NCBI RefSeq assembly: GCF_013122565.1
Contig: NZ_CP053258.1
DNA: 64,000 nt
Source of the DNA: Escherichia coli
Lineage (GTDB): Bacteria; Pseudomonadota; Gammaproteobacteria; Enterobacterales; Enterobacteriaceae
Strand: one strand, 5' to 3'
Positions 10,618 to 23,454 of this stretch are shown here, piece after piece. Under the pieces are notes generated by a model. It was given only the letters and a program-made list of their open reading frames with translations. It did not search any database and was not told the DNA's origin. Each line of letters starts with the position of its first letter. Positions within the stretch are counted from its first letter, which is position 1. The position numbers were made by a program, and so were the translations under genes.

Positions 10618-11625
10618 TCATTGATAATCGACGCGTAAATACCCCAGCGCGCTAAACGGCCCTTCGGTCGGTTTTTGACCGGTAATACTGATAGGCCAGG
10701 CGCGAAGTGTGACATTGGCTGCCGCAGCTGCATCCAGACGGAAAGGAATAACGCTATTGAGATCGTTAGGCGTGATCGGCGTATCGTTCTGATCGGCGAC
10801 AATAAAACCTAAATCCTGATTGTCCGACACCATCGCCTGACCAGAAACGGCACTGGCTTCCAGACGCATTGTTAAATAAGCCTGCGCAGCAACATTCGTA
10901 CATTTGACCGCAATGCTCTTGGTTTGCGGCATGACACCAGCAGGCCGATTACCCGGCCCTGCCGCACTAAATAACGATGCGCCGATATCACCAAAATCAA
11001 ATTCAACAATCTGCCCGGCATTTAATTCGCAGTTTTGCGGTACTTCAACCCGGCCACCAAAACTAATGGTATAAACAGGTGTAACCAACGGATCGTAAGG
11101 CGTTGATGTCACATACACGGTAAACATCACCTGTCTGGGGATCTCCACCATGTTAATAAAGGGCCGAATAACCTTTAAACGAAATATCAAACGAGAATCC
11201 ATCACCCCGAACGGAAGGTTTTGCGAAACGTTAGGATCTGTTCCCATACGAATATAATTTTGCGGGGGAAATTGAATATCCATCACACTATCAACCAGAC
11301 TCATCGCACCTAATAGATAATCATTTAATTGCATATATTTATAATTATCGATAGTTTCCTGAACAATAAAGTTAGTGACATAACTACGGTATGTATAATT
11401 CACCAGCGTGCCGGGTGGACAAATTGCTGAGACACCTACCCAGCCGGATTTTTCCGGTAAAACAACAATCTGCCCTGGCTGGTTATTGGTGCTATTAAAG
11501 ACATTTGAGAGATCATAGTGTTCATCTTCTGCTACGCCAGTACTATTTGCACAAACAGTAGCCCAGGATATGTTTGCCAGACACAAACATGCCATCGCCA
11601 ATAATAATCTGCAGATTATCTTCAT
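10618..11625 (-). CDS. sfmH: Fimbrial adhesin-like subunit SfmH (335 aa; alternative start at 11595 gives 325 aa)
   Basis: Signal peptide MKIICRLLLAMACLCLANISWA; two-domain FimH-like organisation. Confidence 0.85.
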   Translation of the reverse strand: MKIICRLLLAMACLCLANISWATVCANSTGVAEDEHYDLSNVFNSTNNQPGQIVVLPEKSGWVGVSAICPPGTLVNYTYRSYVTNFIVQETIDNYKYMQLNDYLLGAMSLVDSVMDIQFPPQNYIRMGTDPNVSQNLPFGVMDSRLIFRLKVIRPFINMVEIPRQVMFTVYVTSTPYDPLVTPVYTISFGGRVEVPQNCELNAGQIVEFDFGDIGASLFSAAGPGNRPAGVMPQTKSIAVKCTNVAAQAYLTMRLEASAVSGQAMVSDNQDLGFIVADQNDTPITPNDLNSVIPFRLDAAAAANVTLRAWPISITGQKPTEGPFSALGYLRVDYQ

Positions 11626-11637
11626 TGATAATTTCCT

Positions 11638-14247
11638 TTATGAGCCAGGATGTGTGCAAACTGCCGAAATAACAGTGACGGCTTGCTGTAAGCTTTGCTT
11701 CGGCAATACATAGTGCGCAATGCAGCGTGAGTTCGCGCCGTCTCCCCACTGAACCAGTAATTCACCAGACAATGGCGCACCACTTAAATAAACTTGCCCG
11801 TCATCACCCACCATACTGGTTATTCCGGTACTGTTTTCCCGTACCAGTGATCCAAACGGCACCGGTTTTCCGCCCTGGGTAACGGTAATGAGCGCCCGCA
11901 CGCCTATGCGGGTATCAAAATTGGCACGAACCAACGCGCCTTGCGTCGGCACAACGCTGCTAATATTTTTTTCAACATCGATGGAATTCCCCATCGTATT
12001 GGTATCAAGCGCGATACGGTTATACCGATAAACCGTGGCATACGGCATCACCGCATAGCCGCGCCAGTCGGTTAAAATGCCAGTTTGATTTTCAATGCGT
12101 ACACCGCCTGCGCCAGGCGCTTTAATCAAAACATTGGTATCCCCTAAAGGCTGGCTCAGCGTTATGCCATTTTCATGCCCGACCACACCGCCAGACAGCT
12201 GCCAGTTAACGTCATGTTGATCGCGGTCGTAGTTATACCCGACTCCCAGCGTACCGTAAGCGGCCTGCCAGTTTGCCGTGGCGCTGCCCGTATACCCATT
12301 ATTCGAGGTATCACCCTGGCTTACGTGATAACTCAGGTTGTGGCCTTCCAGTAAGGTCCCACCTACACCTGCCAGCCAGCTATTTTGCCCGTTGCTGTTA
12401 CGGTTGGCGTTAAAGGAGGCATAAGCGCGGTCGAGCGCATTTTCCCGGGTGTAGCGACGTTTGGTCAAAACATTGAAAGGCACTGAAACATTAAGTCCGA
12501 CAATACGTTCGTTATCGGGGATCCCTACAGATTCATTCCACGAAAATGAGAGCGAATAACTGATGCCAACCCAGCTGCTGGTATACCCCACCTGATACCA
12601 CGTATCTGAATCCGAAGTATTCCAGTATTTTTGATGGGTACCAGAAATATAAAGCGAGCCAAAGTCATTAAGTGATTGTGAAATATTTAACTGCAAACGG
12701 TCTTTACGGCTAAAGCGTAAATTGTGGTAATTCACGATTATCGGTTCATCCCGATGCTCACCGTCATAATCGTAATCATATTCGTACCCCTCCATTCGAC
12801 GATACGCAACATCATCAAGGGTATAAAAACCTTGTGTCGAATAGCGGTAACCCATTAACTGAAAATTGGTGCCGAAGGTGTTCATCGATTTCGCATAGAG
12901 GAAGCGAATGGAATCCCCCTCATGACGACTGTCGTCGGCTAACTGGCTGCGCGCATGGGTCACATCCAGCGACACTGCGCCCCAGTTCCCGAGGTTGCGC
13001 CCCAGCCCTAATAAAAAGGCGGTGTAATTGGCAGATAATTGCGTCCCGCCGTAGGCAGTAAATTCCTGTGGTAAACCGCCGAGTGCCGTGCCCTGAAAAA
13101 AGAAAGGCGATGATTGCTGACTATTACCGCTACGAAAATCGCCCGCCGTCAGGTCAAATTTGAAACGCCCTTCGCGTTGTAAAATTGGCACTGTTGAATA
13201 CGGAATAGTGTAATTCTGCTGATTGCCATCGCGTTCGTCGATGGTGACGTCCAGATCGCCATTTGAAGATGTCGGGTGCAAATCTGTAATTTCAAAAGCG
13301 CCGGGGGAAACATAGCTTTGATAGATAATAAAACCATTTTGCCGAATCGTTAGCTGGGCCGCCGTACGGGCAATCCCACGTACTGTTGGGGCAAACCCTT
13401 GCTGGCTATCAGGATACATATTATCGGAAGAATAAAGCCGTACACCACGAAATCCAACACCATCGAAAATATCACTTCCTGTATTGCCGTCTCCCATTAC
13501 CAGTTCACTTTTCAGCGGAATAATGGCGCGCTGTACCCAGGTGCCAATATTATTCCACTGTTCTGAATGATATCCATTTCCGCGAAAATAGTTCCAGGAA
13601 CCATTGTTGCGTAAACGCCACGGGCCAATATTAATCCCGCTGAGCTCACTAAAAAAATAGCTATCGTTACCATTACCTCTGTTACCGGTGAAATTATAAT
13701 TCAGGAGTAAAGCAGGAATACCTTCATCCCACTCTTCAGGCGGAATGTAACCGTGAGCGCTACTCAACAACGCTATCTGAGGAATAGTGATGTTCAGGCG
13801 CATCGCTGCAAAATCAAAGTTAATTGTGGCATCAGGTACAGCTTTCAGTAAATTGATGCATTTATTGTTTTGCTGCTGGGCTAACTCGGGAAATGCACTG
13901 CTATTAAGGCCAATTCGTTCAAGGAGTACCTGGTTAAAACAGGGCATTAACCCACCTGATTTATCACCTGTATTTTCTGTTGTCGATTCAAATACGATAT
14001 CCTGTGAACCAATGAACTCATCATTACGCCAGAGATCCACCCGATACACGCCCGCAGGTTGATGATTACCTCTCTCAAAGCGCGATAAATCAGCAACGGA
14101 TGTGCCATTCTCTAATAAAAATGCCGGGTTGAAATAACTTTCCGCATAGCTTAAAAAGGAGGGTAAAATGGCAAGAGATGAATAACAAATTCCGGCCAGA
14201 CACCAGGTATACCTCTGCGGAATATCCGTAGTAGTGGGTATTTTCAT
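11638..14247 (-). CDS. sfmD: Fimbrial outer-membrane usher SfmD
   Basis: 869-aa ORF with usher-family features between chaperone and subunit genes. Confidence 0.9.
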   Translation of the reverse strand: MKIPTTTDIPQRYTWCLAGICYSSLAILPSFLSYAESYFNPAFLLENGTSVADLSRFERGNHQPAGVYRVDLWRNDEFIGSQDIVFESTTENTGDKSGGLMPCFNQVLLERIGLNSSAFPELAQQQNNKCINLLKAVPDATINFDFAAMRLNITIPQIALLSSAHGYIPPEEWDEGIPALLLNYNFTGNRGNGNDSYFFSELSGINIGPWRLRNNGSWNYFRGNGYHSEQWNNIGTWVQRAIIPLKSELVMGDGNTGSDIFDGVGFRGVRLYSSDNMYPDSQQGFAPTVRGIARTAAQLTIRQNGFIIYQSYVSPGAFEITDLHPTSSNGDLDVTIDERDGNQQNYTIPYSTVPILQREGRFKFDLTAGDFRSGNSQQSSPFFFQGTALGGLPQEFTAYGGTQLSANYTAFLLGLGRNLGNWGAVSLDVTHARSQLADDSRHEGDSIRFLYAKSMNTFGTNFQLMGYRYSTQGFYTLDDVAYRRMEGYEYDYDYDGEHRDEPIIVNYHNLRFSRKDRLQLNISQSLNDFGSLYISGTHQKYWNTSDSDTWYQVGYTSSWVGISYSLSFSWNESVGIPDNERIVGLNVSVPFNVLTKRRYTRENALDRAYASFNANRNSNGQNSWLAGVGGTLLEGHNLSYHVSQGDTSNNGYTGSATANWQAAYGTLGVGYNYDRDQHDVNWQLSGGVVGHENGITLSQPLGDTNVLIKAPGAGGVRIENQTGILTDWRGYAVMPYATVYRYNRIALDTNTMGNSIDVEKNISSVVPTQGALVRANFDTRIGVRALITVTQGGKPVPFGSLVRENSTGITSMVGDDGQVYLSGAPLSGELLVQWGDGANSRCIAHYVLPKQSLQQAVTVISAVCTHPGS

Positions 14248-14277
14248 AATTAGCTCTGATATTGTCAGATGATTCGG

Positions 14278-14970
14278 TTAGTTTAAGTTCACTTCTCTGA
14301 CCGGGGTTACTGAACCATAATCATTAACGGTCTGAAATTTCAGCTTTCCCTGCACTCCTGAGGGTAAGGGAATTTGTGAATTAACTCTGGGTGCAGCCAT
14401 AGCATTCCCCAACTTTTGGCTGCCCACTTGTAAGTTAACCAGGGTGACATAAAAAGGTGATGGATTATGAACATTGATATAGTTACCGGATCGCGAAAAC
14501 TTGAGTGTGTCCGGCGCTTCTGCGGGTAATTCTTGTAATTGAATTGGACGGAGAAATAACTTCATGCGCGATAAAATCGCCAGTTGCAAAACATTCCTGC
14601 CGTTCAATGCATTTTTATCTACCGAAGGGATCGTCTTAACATTCATCCAGAACAGAGACTCACGATCTGCCGCCAGCGGTGGACCGGTGTAAATAATACG
14701 CAAAGTATTTTCGCTTTTGGGTTCACTAACAAACAGTGGAGGTGTAATGATGAATGACTTTTCTTTTACACCGCTGCTGTTTTCAATCCACGAATTGACC
14801 AGAAAGCGCTCATTGGTATGGCTATTTCTAATCCATACCGCAGTCTGTTTAGCATCAGCGGGATAAATAATACGCGTGGCACCTAATGCGATCCCTCCGG
14901 CAGCATGGGCGCTGGCCGAAATGATTAAATAAAATATAATGAGCATCAATAACTTTATTTTAGTCATCAT
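14278..14970 (-). CDS. sfmC: Periplasmic fimbrial chaperone SfmC (230 aa)
   Basis: [23 protein letters not shown] signal peptide; PapD-like chaperone motifs. Confidence 0.9.
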   Translation of the reverse strand: MMTKIKLLMLIIFYLIISASAHAAGGIALGATRIIYPADAKQTAVWIRNSHTNERFLVNSWIENSSGVKEKSFIITPPLFVSEPKSENTLRIIYTGPPLAADRESLFWMNVKTIPSVDKNALNGRNVLQLAILSRMKLFLRPIQLQELPAEAPDTLKFSRSGNYINVHNPSPFYVTLVNLQVGSQKLGNAMAAPRVNSQIPLPSGVQGKLKFQTVNDYGSVTPVREVNLN

Positions 14971-15189
14971 AGTTAATACGCCTTGTGTATTCCTGACGGC
15001 AAAAATAAGAAATATAAAGAAATGATTGCTTTGGTTTCTTACAACACATCATTCCCTTTTCATTTAATAAAGCGGCATGATACAAAGTGAACATGATTTC
15101 GATTTACATTGCCACCATACCGCTTCAGACAACCGGTACATTACTTTGTTATAAGACGTGGTATATAATTCAAAACAACGTGGTTTTGA

Positions 15190-15732
15190 TTATTCGTATC
15201 TCATAATAAAAGTCGCGTCAGCATTTGCTTGCCCTGCTGATGCACTTGTACCGGTGCCTTTATAACGTGCAGAAAAATGAAGAACGTTGGTCCCGGGGAT
15301 CAAGTTCTGGTTGGTTGAGAAGCTATTCCCATCAGGTTTGAGAATTGCGGATGTATTATCAAGTATTTCAATACCGACACCCGTTGCTGTTGTTGTATTG
15401 GTACTGGATGCAATGGCCAATAAATTATCATTGATTGCATCAGCCTGACCAGAAAATGCAACGGCAGCATTAGCGGCAACAACAGGATCGCAGTCGTTCA
15501 ACTGTATAGTGAATGGAATTAATGCAGAGGTATTACCAACAGCATTGAAAATATCGGTACGATATTGACCGAGTGTGACAACCTGGTCTGCCGAGTCAGT
15601 ATTCACTGAACAGGCAGCATTCACCAGTTCGCCTTCAAAGTGAATTGTACCGCCATCTACAACGGCAGCATAACTACCCGTAGCGGCGAATAGTGCGGCA
15701 GCCAGCGCAGACGAAATAAATCTTAATTTCAT
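15190..15732 (-). CDS. sfmA: Type-1-like fimbrial major subunit SfmA (180 aa)
   Basis: ATG at 15732 ([22 protein letters not shown]...); C-terminal ...[13 protein letters not shown]-track start at 15765 is an upstream extension. Confidence 0.88.
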   Translation of the reverse strand: MKLRFISSALAAALFAATGSYAAVVDGGTIHFEGELVNAACSVNTDSADQVVTLGQYRTDIFNAVGNTSALIPFTIQLNDCDPVVAANAAVAFSGQADAINDNLLAIASSTNTTTATGVGIEILDNTSAILKPDGNSFSTNQNLIPGTNVLHFSARYKGTGTSASAGQANADATFIMRYE

Positions 15733-16210
15733 ATATATTCCTTCAATCTCATTTATCGACTCCACATCCGTATATAACCGATTACTTTATTTAAGACACT
15801 GATAGTAGTAAATTCCTTTTTATCCTCTAAGAATGTCTTAATTGAAAATATGCACTCTATTCTAAAAAATAGAGAGCCCCGTTAGATGAATACTTCCGCG
15901 CAAAATATATTCAACACAAATATAGACCTGAAGCGGTAAATTACCAGGCTGAAAATTCTTTTTATATTGTCAGGTATTTCTTAAATTATCTTAATCCTTT
16001 GACAAGGAAATAAGTCAGTTCCAGATTTACAACGCCATCATGGACGAAAAATGAAGCTTTCAATCTCAGCGACCTCAGCGACGGTGCGCCTAACCTTCGC
16101 AAGAGGCGCTTCACGCGATAAATCTGAAACGAAACCTGACAGCGCGCCCCGCTTCTGACAAAATAGGCGCATCCCCTTCGACCTACGTAACAGATGGAAT
16201 CCTCTCTCTG

Positions 16211-17077
16211 ATGGCAGCAAAGATTATTGACGGTAAAACGATTGCGCAGCAGGTGCGCTCTGAAGTTGCTCAAAAAGTTCAGGCGCGTATTGCAGCCGGA
16301 CTGCGGGCACCAGGACTGGCCGTTGTGCTGGTGGGTAGTAACCCTGCATCGCAAATTTATGTCGCAAGCAAACGCAAGGCTTGTGAAGAAGTCGGGTTCG
16401 TCTCCCGCTCTTACGACCTCCCGGAAACCACCAGCGAAGCGGAGCTGCTGGAGCTTATCGATACGCTGAATGCCGATAACACCATCGATGGCATTCTGGT
16501 TCAACTGCCGTTACCGGCGGGTATTGATAACGTCAAAGTACTGGAACGTATACACCCGGACAAAGACGTAGACGGTTTCCATCCTTATAACGTCGGTCGC
16601 CTGTGCCAGCGCGCGCCGCGTCTGCGTCCCTGCACCCCGCGCGGTATTGTCACGCTGCTTGAGCGTTACAACATTGATACCTTCGGCCTCAACGCCGTGG
16701 TGATTGGCGCATCGAATATCGTTGGCCGCCCGATGAGCATGGAACTGCTACTGGCAGGTTGCACCACCACCGTTACCCACCGTTTCACTAAAAATCTGCG
16801 TCACCACGTAGAAAATGCCGATCTACTGATCGTTGCCGTCGGCAAGCCGGGCTTTATTCCTGGTGACTGGATCAAAGAAGGCGCAATTGTGATTGATGTC
16901 GGCATCAACCGTCTGGAAAATGGCAAAGTTGTGGGCGACGTCGTGTTTGAAGACGCGGCTAAACGCGCCTCATACATTACGCCTGTTCCGGGCGGCGTTG
17001 GCCCGATGACGGTTGCCACGCTGATTGAAAACACGCTACAGGCGTGCGTTGAATATCATGATCCACAGGGTGAGTAA
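16211..17077 (+). CDS. folD: Bifunctional methylene-THF dehydrogenase/cyclohydrolase FolD (288 aa)
   Basis: [19 protein letters not shown]...; conserved FolD motifs. Confidence 0.96.
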   Translation: MAAKIIDGKTIAQQVRSEVAQKVQARIAAGLRAPGLAVVLVGSNPASQIYVASKRKACEEVGFVSRSYDLPETTSEAELLELIDTLNADNTIDGILVQLPLPAGIDNVKVLERIHPDKDVDGFHPYNVGRLCQRAPRLRPCTPRGIVTLLERYNIDTFGLNAVVIGASNIVGRPMSMELLLAGCTTTVTHRFTKNLRHHVENADLLIVAVGKPGFIPGDWIKEGAIVIDVGINRLENGKVVGDVVFEDAAKRASYITPVPGGVGPMTVATLIENTLQACVEYHDPQGE

Positions 17078-17078
17078 C

Positions 17079-17291
17079 ATGGCGACATTTTCTTTAGGTA
17101 AACATCCGCACGTTGAGCTGTGCGACTTGCTGAAACTGGAAGGCTGGAGCGAAAGCGGCGCGCAGGCGAAAATCGCGATTGCCGAAGGCCAGGTGAAAGT
17201 TGATGGCGCGGTTGAAACGCGCAAACGCTGCAAAATCGTCGCCGGTCAGACAGTGAGTTTTGCAGGTCACAGCGTACAGGTTGTTGCCTGA
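17079..17291 (+). CDS. ybcJ: S4-like RNA-binding protein YbcJ (70 aa)
   Basis: ATG one nt after folD stop (MATFSLGKHPHVELCDLL...); ORF-track start at 17025 is an extension inside folD. Confidence 0.85.
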   Translation: MATFSLGKHPHVELCDLLKLEGWSESGAQAKIAIAEGQVKVDGAVETRKRCKIVAGQTVSFAGHSVQVVA

Positions 17292-17398
17292 TCCCTTTCC
17301 CGGCCTGTATCAACAGGCCGGTTCTCTTTTCAGACTTTTGCCCTCTACGCCCCGTTCATCCATGCTGATAGCATCGACATTTTGCCGAAGCGACCATC

Positions 17399-17920
17399 AT
17401 GCCAACCGTTATTACGCACGCCGCCGTTCCCCTATGCATTGGTTTAGGGTTGGGTTCGAAAGTCATCCCTCCGCGTCTGTTATTTGCCGGAATCATCCTG
17501 GCGATGCTGCCCGACGCAGACGTATTGTCGTTTAAATTTGGCGTTGCTTACGGCAATGTTTTTGGTCATCGCGGGTTTACCCATTCGCTGGTGTTTGCGT
17601 TTGTTGTCCCGCTGTTATGTGTGCTGATTGGACGCCGATGGTTCAGGGCTGGGCTGATTCGCTGCTGGCTGTTTTTAACCGTCTCGTTGCTATCGCACAG
17701 CATGCTGGATTCGGTAACCACTGGTGGTAAGGGTGTTGGCTGGCTGTGGCCGTGGTCAGATGAACGCTTTTTCGCTCCCTGGCAGGTGATTAAAGTCGCG
17801 CCGTTTGCATTGTCTCGTTACACCACAGCGTACGGGCATCAGGTGATTATTTCTGAATTGATGTGGGTGTGGTTGCCGGGGATGCTACTGATGGGAATGT
17901 TGTGGTGGCGCAGACGATAA
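17399..17920 (+). CDS. ybcI: Inner-membrane protein YbcI (DUF457 family, 173 aa)
   Basis: Multi-TM hydrophobic protein; position conserved between ybcJ and cysS. Confidence 0.85.
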   Translation: MPTVITHAAVPLCIGLGLGSKVIPPRLLFAGIILAMLPDADVLSFKFGVAYGNVFGHRGFTHSLVFAFVVPLLCVLIGRRWFRAGLIRCWLFLTVSLLSHSMLDSVTTGGKGVGWLWPWSDERFFAPWQVIKVAPFALSRYTTAYGHQVIISELMWVWLPGMLLMGMLWWRRR

Positions 17921-17944
17921 CCGGATGCGAAAACTCGCATCCGG
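17921..17944. terminator. Hairpin ccggatgcgaaaactcgcatccgg between convergent ybcI and cysS
   Basis: Perfect 9-bp inverted repeat with 6-nt loop directly after ybcI stop. Confidence 0.6.
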
Positions 17945-17955
17945 CAATAGCGCAA

Positions 17956-19341
17956 TTACTTACGACGCCAGGTGGTCCCTTGCGGGCCATCTTCCAGCAC
18001 GATCCCCATCTCATTAAGACGGTCACGCGCCGCATCTGCCGCCGCCCAGTCTTTCGCTTTACGGGCATCCAGACGCTGTTGAATTAACGCTTCAATCTCA
18101 GCCACTTCGCTGTCGTCTGCCTGCGCGCCGCTTTGCAGGAACGCTTCCGGTTCTTGCTCCAGCAGGCCCAGTACGGCGGAAAGTTTACGCAGGTGAGATG
18201 CCATTGCATTCGCCGCTGCCATATCTTCTGCTTTCAGACGGTTCACTTCACGCGCCATATCAAACAGCACGGAATAGGCTTCCGGGGTGTTGAAATCGTC
18301 GTCCATCGCTTCAATAAAGCGCGCTTCAAACGCTTCGCCACCGGCAGGGGCAACAGATTTATCCGTACCGCGCAGCGCAGTGTAGAGACGCTCCAGCGCC
18401 GCACGCGCCTGCTTCAGGTTCTCTTCGCTGTAGTTCAGTTGGCTGCGATAGTGGCCCGACATCAGGAAGTAACGCACGGTTTCCGCGTCGTAGTATTTCA
18501 GCACATCACGCACGGTGAAGAAGTTACCCAGCGATTTGGACATCTTCTCGCGGTCAACCATCACCATCCCGGAGTGCATCCAGTAGTTCACATACTGGCC
18601 ATCATGCGCACAGGTGGACTGAGCGATTTCGTTCTCGTGGTGCGGGAACATCAGGTCTGAACCGCCGCCGTGGATATCAAAGTGGTTACCCAGCTGCTTG
18701 CAGTTCATTGCCGAACATTCAATGTGCCAGCCTGGACGGCCCGCGCCCCACGGAGACGGCCAGCTCGGTTCGCCCTCTTTCGACATCTTCCACAGAACGA
18801 AGTCCATCGGGTTGCGTTTGTCATCAACCACGTCAACGCGCGCGCCAGCCTGCAACTGGTCGAGATCCTGACGCGACAGCACGCCATAAGTCGGATCGGT
18901 CGGGACGTCGAACATCACGTCGCCGTTGTCCGCCACATAAGCGTGACCTTTGGCGATCAGTTGTTCAGTGAGTTCAATAATTTCTGCGATATGGTGTGTC
19001 GCGCGCGGCTCCATATCCGGGCGCAAAATGTTCAAAGCATCAAAATCTTTGTGCATTTCGGCGATCATGCGATCCACCAGCGCCACAAAGCTTTCGCCAT
19101 TTTCATTGGCGCGTTTGATGATTTTGTCGTCGATATCGGTAATGTTGCGTACATACTTCAGCTTATAGCCGAGGAAACGCAGATAGCGCGCAACCACGTC
19201 AAAGGCAACAAAGGTACGCCCGTGACCGATATGACAGAGATCGTAAACGGTGATTCCACACACGTACATGCCGACTTCCCCGGCGTGAATAGGCTTAAAT
19301 TCCTCTTTTTGGCGTGTCAGAGTATTGAAGATTTTTAGCAT
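17956..19341 (-). CDS. cysS: Cysteinyl-tRNA synthetase (461 aa)
   Basis: HIGH motif (CHIGHGRT) and KMSKS motif present. Confidence 0.97.
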   Translation of the reverse strand: MLKIFNTLTRQKEEFKPIHAGEVGMYVCGITVYDLCHIGHGRTFVAFDVVARYLRFLGYKLKYVRNITDIDDKIIKRANENGESFVALVDRMIAEMHKDFDALNILRPDMEPRATHHIAEIIELTEQLIAKGHAYVADNGDVMFDVPTDPTYGVLSRQDLDQLQAGARVDVVDDKRNPMDFVLWKMSKEGEPSWPSPWGAGRPGWHIECSAMNCKQLGNHFDIHGGGSDLMFPHHENEIAQSTCAHDGQYVNYWMHSGMVMVDREKMSKSLGNFFTVRDVLKYYDAETVRYFLMSGHYRSQLNYSEENLKQARAALERLYTALRGTDKSVAPAGGEAFEARFIEAMDDDFNTPEAYSVLFDMAREVNRLKAEDMAAANAMASHLRKLSAVLGLLEQEPEAFLQSGAQADDSEVAEIEALIQQRLDARKAKDWAAADAARDRLNEMGIVLEDGPQGTTWRRK

Positions 19342-19514
19342 CGAAGATTCCGTTTAGACATGTGTGGGTAATTGAGTTGCGTATAATACCCATATTTCCC
19401 GCGCGAATCAGCATACATTGCGTGATGATCCGATCGTGCGGTTATGCTATAACACCACCCTATATATGACCCGAACTGGGTTGAAGCACCAATCAAACGG
19501 AACAGGATGCAAAA

Positions 19515-20009
19515 ATGGTTACTTTCCACACCAATCACGGCGATATTGTCATCAAAACTTTTGACGATAAAGCACCTGAAACAGTTAAAAACTTCCTGGA
19601 CTACTGCCGCGAAGGTTTTTACAACAACACCATTTTCCACCGTGTTATCAACGGCTTTATGATTCAGGGCGGCGGTTTTGAACCGGGCATGAAACAAAAA
19701 GCCACCAAAGAACCGATCAAAAACGAAGCCAACAACGGTCTGAAAAATACCCGTGGTACGCTGGCAATGGCCCGTACTCAGGCTCCGCACTCTGCAACTG
19801 CACAGTTCTTCATCAACGTGGTTGATAACGATTTCCTGAACTTCTCTGGCGAAAGCCTGCAAGGTTGGGGCTACTGCGTGTTTGCTGAAGTGGTTGAAGG
19901 CATGGACGTGGTAGACAAAATCAAAGGTGTTGCAACCGGTCGTAGCGGTATGCACCAGGACGTGCCAAAAGAAGACGTTATCATTGAAAGCGTGACCGTT
20001 AGCGAGTAA
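19515..20009 (+). CDS. ppiB: Peptidyl-prolyl cis-trans isomerase B (cyclophilin, 164 aa)
   Basis: Cyclophilin fold sequence [27 protein letters not shown]... Confidence 0.96.
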   Translation: MVTFHTNHGDIVIKTFDDKAPETVKNFLDYCREGFYNNTIFHRVINGFMIQGGGFEPGMKQKATKEPIKNEANNGLKNTRGTLAMARTQAPHSATAQFFINVVDNDFLNFSGESLQGWGYCVFAEVVEGMDVVDKIKGVATGRSGMHQDVPKEDVIIESVTVSE

Positions 20010-20011
20010 TC

Positions 20012-20734
20012 GTGGCGACACTCTTTATTGCAGATCTTCATCTCTGCGTGGAAGAACCGGCGATCACCGCCGGTTTTCTGCGTTTTTTAGCGGGGGAAGC
20101 TCGCAAGGCCGACGCGCTGTATATTCTTGGCGATCTGTTTGAAGCGTGGATTGGCGACGACGATCCCAACCCACTCCATCGCCAGATGGCGGCAGCGATC
20201 AAAGCGGTGTCCGATTCCGGCGTTCCCTGTTATTTCATTCATGGCAACCGTGATTTTCTGCTCGGCAAACGCTTTGCCCGTGAAAGCGGCATGACGTTAT
20301 TGCCGGAAGAAAAGGTGCTCGAACTTTATGGTCGTCGGGTGTTGATTATGCATGGCGACACGCTGTGCACCGATGACGCGGGTTATCAGGCTTTTCGCGC
20401 CAAAGTCCACAAACCCTGGCTGCAAACGCTATTCCTCGCCCTGCCGTTGTTTGTGCGCAAACGCATTGCCGCGCGAATGCGCGCGAACAGTAAAGAAGCC
20501 AACAGCAGTAAATCGCTGGCGATCATGGACGTTAACCAAAACGCGGTGGTCAGTGCGATGGAAAAACATCAGGTGCAATGGCTGATCCACGGGCATACCC
20601 ATCGCCCGGCGGTACATGAACTTATCGCCAACCAGCAACCTGCTTTTCGCGTGGTACTGGGTGCCTGGCATACGGAAGGTTCGATGGTGAAAGTCACGGC
20701 GGATGACGTTGAACTGATTCATTTTCCGTTTTAA
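20012..20734 (+). CDS. lpxH: UDP-2,3-diacylglucosamine pyrophosphatase LpxH (240 aa)
   Basis: GTG start 2 nt after ppiB stop; calcineurin-like metallophosphoesterase motifs (DLHL, GDLFE, GNRD, GHTH). Confidence 0.94.
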   Translation: MATLFIADLHLCVEEPAITAGFLRFLAGEARKADALYILGDLFEAWIGDDDPNPLHRQMAAAIKAVSDSGVPCYFIHGNRDFLLGKRFARESGMTLLPEEKVLELYGRRVLIMHGDTLCTDDAGYQAFRAKVHKPWLQTLFLALPLFVRKRIAARMRANSKEANSSKSLAIMDVNQNAVVSAMEKHQVQWLIHGHTHRPAVHELIANQQPAFRVVLGAWHTEGSMVKVTADDVELIHFPF

Positions 20735-20763
20735 ATACCCACAACTTTGCTGATTTCACAGCC

Positions 20764-20779
20764 ACGCAACCGTTTTCCT
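20764..20779. promoter_or_regulatory. PurR operator (pur box) upstream of purEK
   Basis: ACGCAACCGTTTTCCT closely matches the 16-bp PurR box consensus, about 70 nt upstream of purE. Confidence 0.7.
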
Positions 20780-20850
20780 TGCTCTCTTTCCGTGCTATTC
20801 TCTGTGCCCTCTAAAGCCGAGAGTTGTGCACCACAGGAGTTTTAAGACGC

Positions 20851-21360
20851 ATGTCTTCCCGCAATAATCCGGCGCGTGTCGCCATCGTGATGGGGTCCAA
20901 AAGCGACTGGGCTACCATGCAGTTCGCCGCCGAAATCTTCGAAATCCTGAATGTCCCGCACCACGTTGAAGTGGTTTCTGCTCACCGCACCCCCGATAAA
21001 CTGTTCAGCTTCGCCGAAAGCGCCGAAGAGAACGGTTATCAGGTGATTATTGCGGGCGCAGGCGGCGCAGCGCACCTGCCGGGTATGATTGCCGCCAAAA
21101 CGCTGGTGCCAGTGCTGGGCGTGCCAGTACAGAGCGCCGCACTGAGCGGTGTCGATAGCCTCTACTCCATCGTACAAATGCCGCGCGGCATTCCGGTGGG
21201 TACGCTGGCGATTGGTAAAGCTGGCGCGGCAAACGCGGCGTTACTGGCAGCACAAATTCTTGCGACTCATGATAAAGAACTGCACCAGCGTCTGAATGAC
21301 TGGCGCAAAGCCCAGACCGACGAAGTGCTGGAAAACCCGGACCCGCGAGGTGCGGCATGA
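20851..21360 (+). CDS. purE: N5-carboxyaminoimidazole ribonucleotide mutase PurE (169 aa)
   Basis: ATG at 20851 ([20 protein letters not shown]...); ORF-track start at 20824 is an extension. Confidence 0.96.
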   Translation: MSSRNNPARVAIVMGSKSDWATMQFAAEIFEILNVPHHVEVVSAHRTPDKLFSFAESAEENGYQVIIAGAGGAAHLPGMIAAKTLVPVLGVPVQSAALSGVDSLYSIVQMPRGIPVGTLAIGKAGAANAALLAAQILATHDKELHQRLNDWRKAQTDEVLENPDPRGAA

Positions 21361-22424
21361 AACAGGTTTGCGTCCTCGGGAACGGGCAGTTAGGCCGTAT
21401 GCTGCGTCAGGCAGGCGAACCGTTAGGCATTGCTGTCTGGCCAGTCGGGCTGGACGCTGAACCGGCGGCGGTGCCTTTTCAACAAAGCGTGATTACCGCT
21501 GAGATAGAACGCTGGCCGGAAACCGCATTAACCCGCGAGCTGGCGCGCCATCCGGCCTTTGTGAACCGCGATGTGTTCCCGATTATTGCTGACCGTCTGA
21601 CTCAGAAGCAGCTTTTCGATAAGCTCCACCTACCGACTGCACCGTGGCAGTTACTTGCCGAACGCAGCGAGTGGCCTGCGGTGTTTGATCGTTTAGGTGA
21701 GCTGGCGATTGTTAAGCGTCGCACTGGTGGCTATGACGGACGCGGTCAATGGCGTTTACGCGCCGATGAAACCGAGCAGTTACCGGCTGAATGCTACGGC
21801 GAATGTATTGTCGAGCAGGGCATAAACTTCTCTGGTGAAGTGTCGCTGGTTGGCGCGCGCGGCTTTGATGGCAGCACCGTGTTTTATCCGCTGACGCATA
21901 ACCTGCATCAGGACGGTATTTTGCGCACCAGCGTCGCTTTCCCGCAGGCCAATGCGCAGCAGCAAGCGCAAGCCGAAGAGATGCTTTCGGCGATTATGCA
22001 GGAGCTGGGCTATGTGGGCGTGATGGCGATGGAGTGTTTTGTCACCCCGCAAGGTCTGCTGATCAACGAACTGGCTCCGCGTGTGCATAACAGCGGTCAC
22101 TGGACACAAAACGGTGCCAGCATCAGCCAGTTTGAGCTGCATCTGCGGGCGATTACCGATCTGCCGTTACCGCAACCGGTAGTGAATAGTCCGTCGGTGA
22201 TGATCAATCTGATTGGTAGCGATGTGAATTATGACTGGCTGAAACTGCCGCTGGTGCATCTGCACTGGTACGACAAAGAAGTCCGTCCGGGCCGTAAAGT
22301 GGGGCATCTGAATTTGACCGACAGCGACACATCGCGTCTGACCGCGACGCTGGAAGCCTTAATCCCGCTGCTGCCGCCAGAATATGCCAGCGGCGTGATG
22401 TGGGCGCAGAGTAAGTTCAGTTAA
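21357..22424 (+). CDS. purK: N5-carboxyaminoimidazole ribonucleotide synthetase PurK (355 aa)
   Basis: ATGA start/stop overlap with purE; ATP-grasp fold. Confidence 0.96.
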   Translation: MKQVCVLGNGQLGRMLRQAGEPLGIAVWPVGLDAEPAAVPFQQSVITAEIERWPETALTRELARHPAFVNRDVFPIIADRLTQKQLFDKLHLPTAPWQLLAERSEWPAVFDRLGELAIVKRRTGGYDGRGQWRLRADETEQLPAECYGECIVEQGINFSGEVSLVGARGFDGSTVFYPLTHNLHQDGILRTSVAFPQANAQQQAQAEEMLSAIMQELGYVGVMAMECFVTPQGLLINELAPRVHNSGHWTQNGASISQFELHLRAITDLPLPQPVVNSPSVMINLIGSDVNYDWLKLPLVHLHWYDKEVRPGRKVGHLNLTDSDTSRLTATLEALIPLLPPEYASGVMWAQSKFS

Positions 22425-22442
22425 CCTGGTGCTCATTTGATT

Positions 22443-22529
22443 GCCGGATGCGGCGTGAACGCCTTATCCGGCTTAACGCTCCGGTACCCATTGTAGGCCT
22501 GATAAGACGCGTCAAGCGTCGCATCAGGC
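22443..22529. repeat. BIME: two REP palindromic units between convergent purK and arcC
   Basis: gccggatgcggcgtgaacgccttatccggc and gtaggcctgataagacgcgtcaagcgtcgcatcaggc are classic REP sequences. Confidence 0.85.
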
Positions 22530-22560
22530 ATAGTGCACCGATTGCTGGATGCTCTCATCA

Positions 22561-23454
22561 CTACAGCGAAATACAGGTCCCCGCTTCGCCCGCCAGCGTC
22601 TCTTCAATTCGCGATAACGCCCCAATCCACGCGGGTTTACCACGGCTTCTGACATAACCACTCACCGCCGTTACCTTCGGCCCCATCGAACCATCGGCTT
22701 TGGCAAATGGCGCTAACTCATCCGGTGTGGCATGGCGAATGGCACGTTGCTGCGGCGTTCCCCAGTTTTCATATACCGCATCAGCATCGGTGAGGATCAC
22801 CAGTCCATCGGCGTTAATCTGCTCAGCGAGCAACGCAGCAGCGAGATCTTTATCAATCACCGCTTCACTCCCTGCCCCATCTTCCGTCACAGGCACACCG
22901 CCGCCGCCACTGCAAATCACCACATGCCCCTCTTTGAGCAACAACTCAATGGCTTCGCTGTCGAGAATTTTACGCGGTTGCGGAGACGCCACCACCCGGC
23001 GCAAATATTTACCATCACGTTTCATCTGCCAGCCGTAAGCCGCTTCCAGTGCCTTTTGTTCTTCTGGCTGATAAACCGGACCGATAAACTTCTCTGGCTG
23101 CAAAAATGCCGGATCATCAGGCGAAACTTCAATGCGCGTCAGCACTGTCGTGACAGGCGGCATCTGCGGCTGTGCGCTCAAGCTCTGCGCCAGCATATAG
23201 CCAATCATCCCCTGGCTTTCCGCCACCAGCACATCCAGCGGATACGGTTCTACCTCTTTCCACGCCAGATTCTGCAATGCCAGCAGCCCCACCTGCGGCC
23301 CGTTGCCGTGAACAATCGCCAGCCGATAAGAACGGGCCAGGCGCGCCAGCGCGGGTACAGCACTGGCAATATTGCGATATTGATTTTCTGCCGTCAGCGC
23401 CTCACCGCGCTGGAGTAAGGCGTTGCCCCCAAGAGCCACAACCAACGTTTTCAT
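22561..23454 (-). CDS. arcC: Carbamate kinase-like protein (297 aa)
   Basis: [18 protein letters not shown]... amino-acid kinase family; last gene of the fdrA-ylbE-ylbF-arcC unit. Confidence 0.9.
   Translation of the reverse strand: MKTLVVALGGNALLQRGEALTAENQYRNIASAVPALARLARSYRLAIVHGNGPQVGLLALQNLAWKEVEPYPLDVLVAESQGMIGYMLAQSLSAQPQMPPVTTVLTRIEVSPDDPAFLQPEKFIGPVYQPEEQKALEAAYGWQMKRDGKYLRRVVASPQPRKILDSEAIELLLKEGHVVICSGGGGVPVTEDGAGSEAVIDKDLAAALLAEQINADGLVILTDADAVYENWGTPQQRAIRHATPDELAPFAKADGSMGPKVTAVSGYVRSRGKPAWIGALSRIEETLAGEAGTCISL

Noticed and set aside
10168-10638. 156-aa plus-strand ORF overlapping sfmF
   Set aside because: Antisense to the fimbrial subunit gene sfmF; no independent support.
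18133-19338. Two long plus-strand ORFs (175 and 222 aa) antisense to cysS
   Set aside because: They lie entirely inside the well-supported cysS gene on the opposite strand, have no recognisable motifs and no SD; typical shadow ORFs.
22732-23418. 228-aa plus-strand ORF antisense to arcC
   Set aside because: Fully embedded antisense to the carbamate kinase gene; Arg/His-rich low-complexity translation typical of antisense frames.
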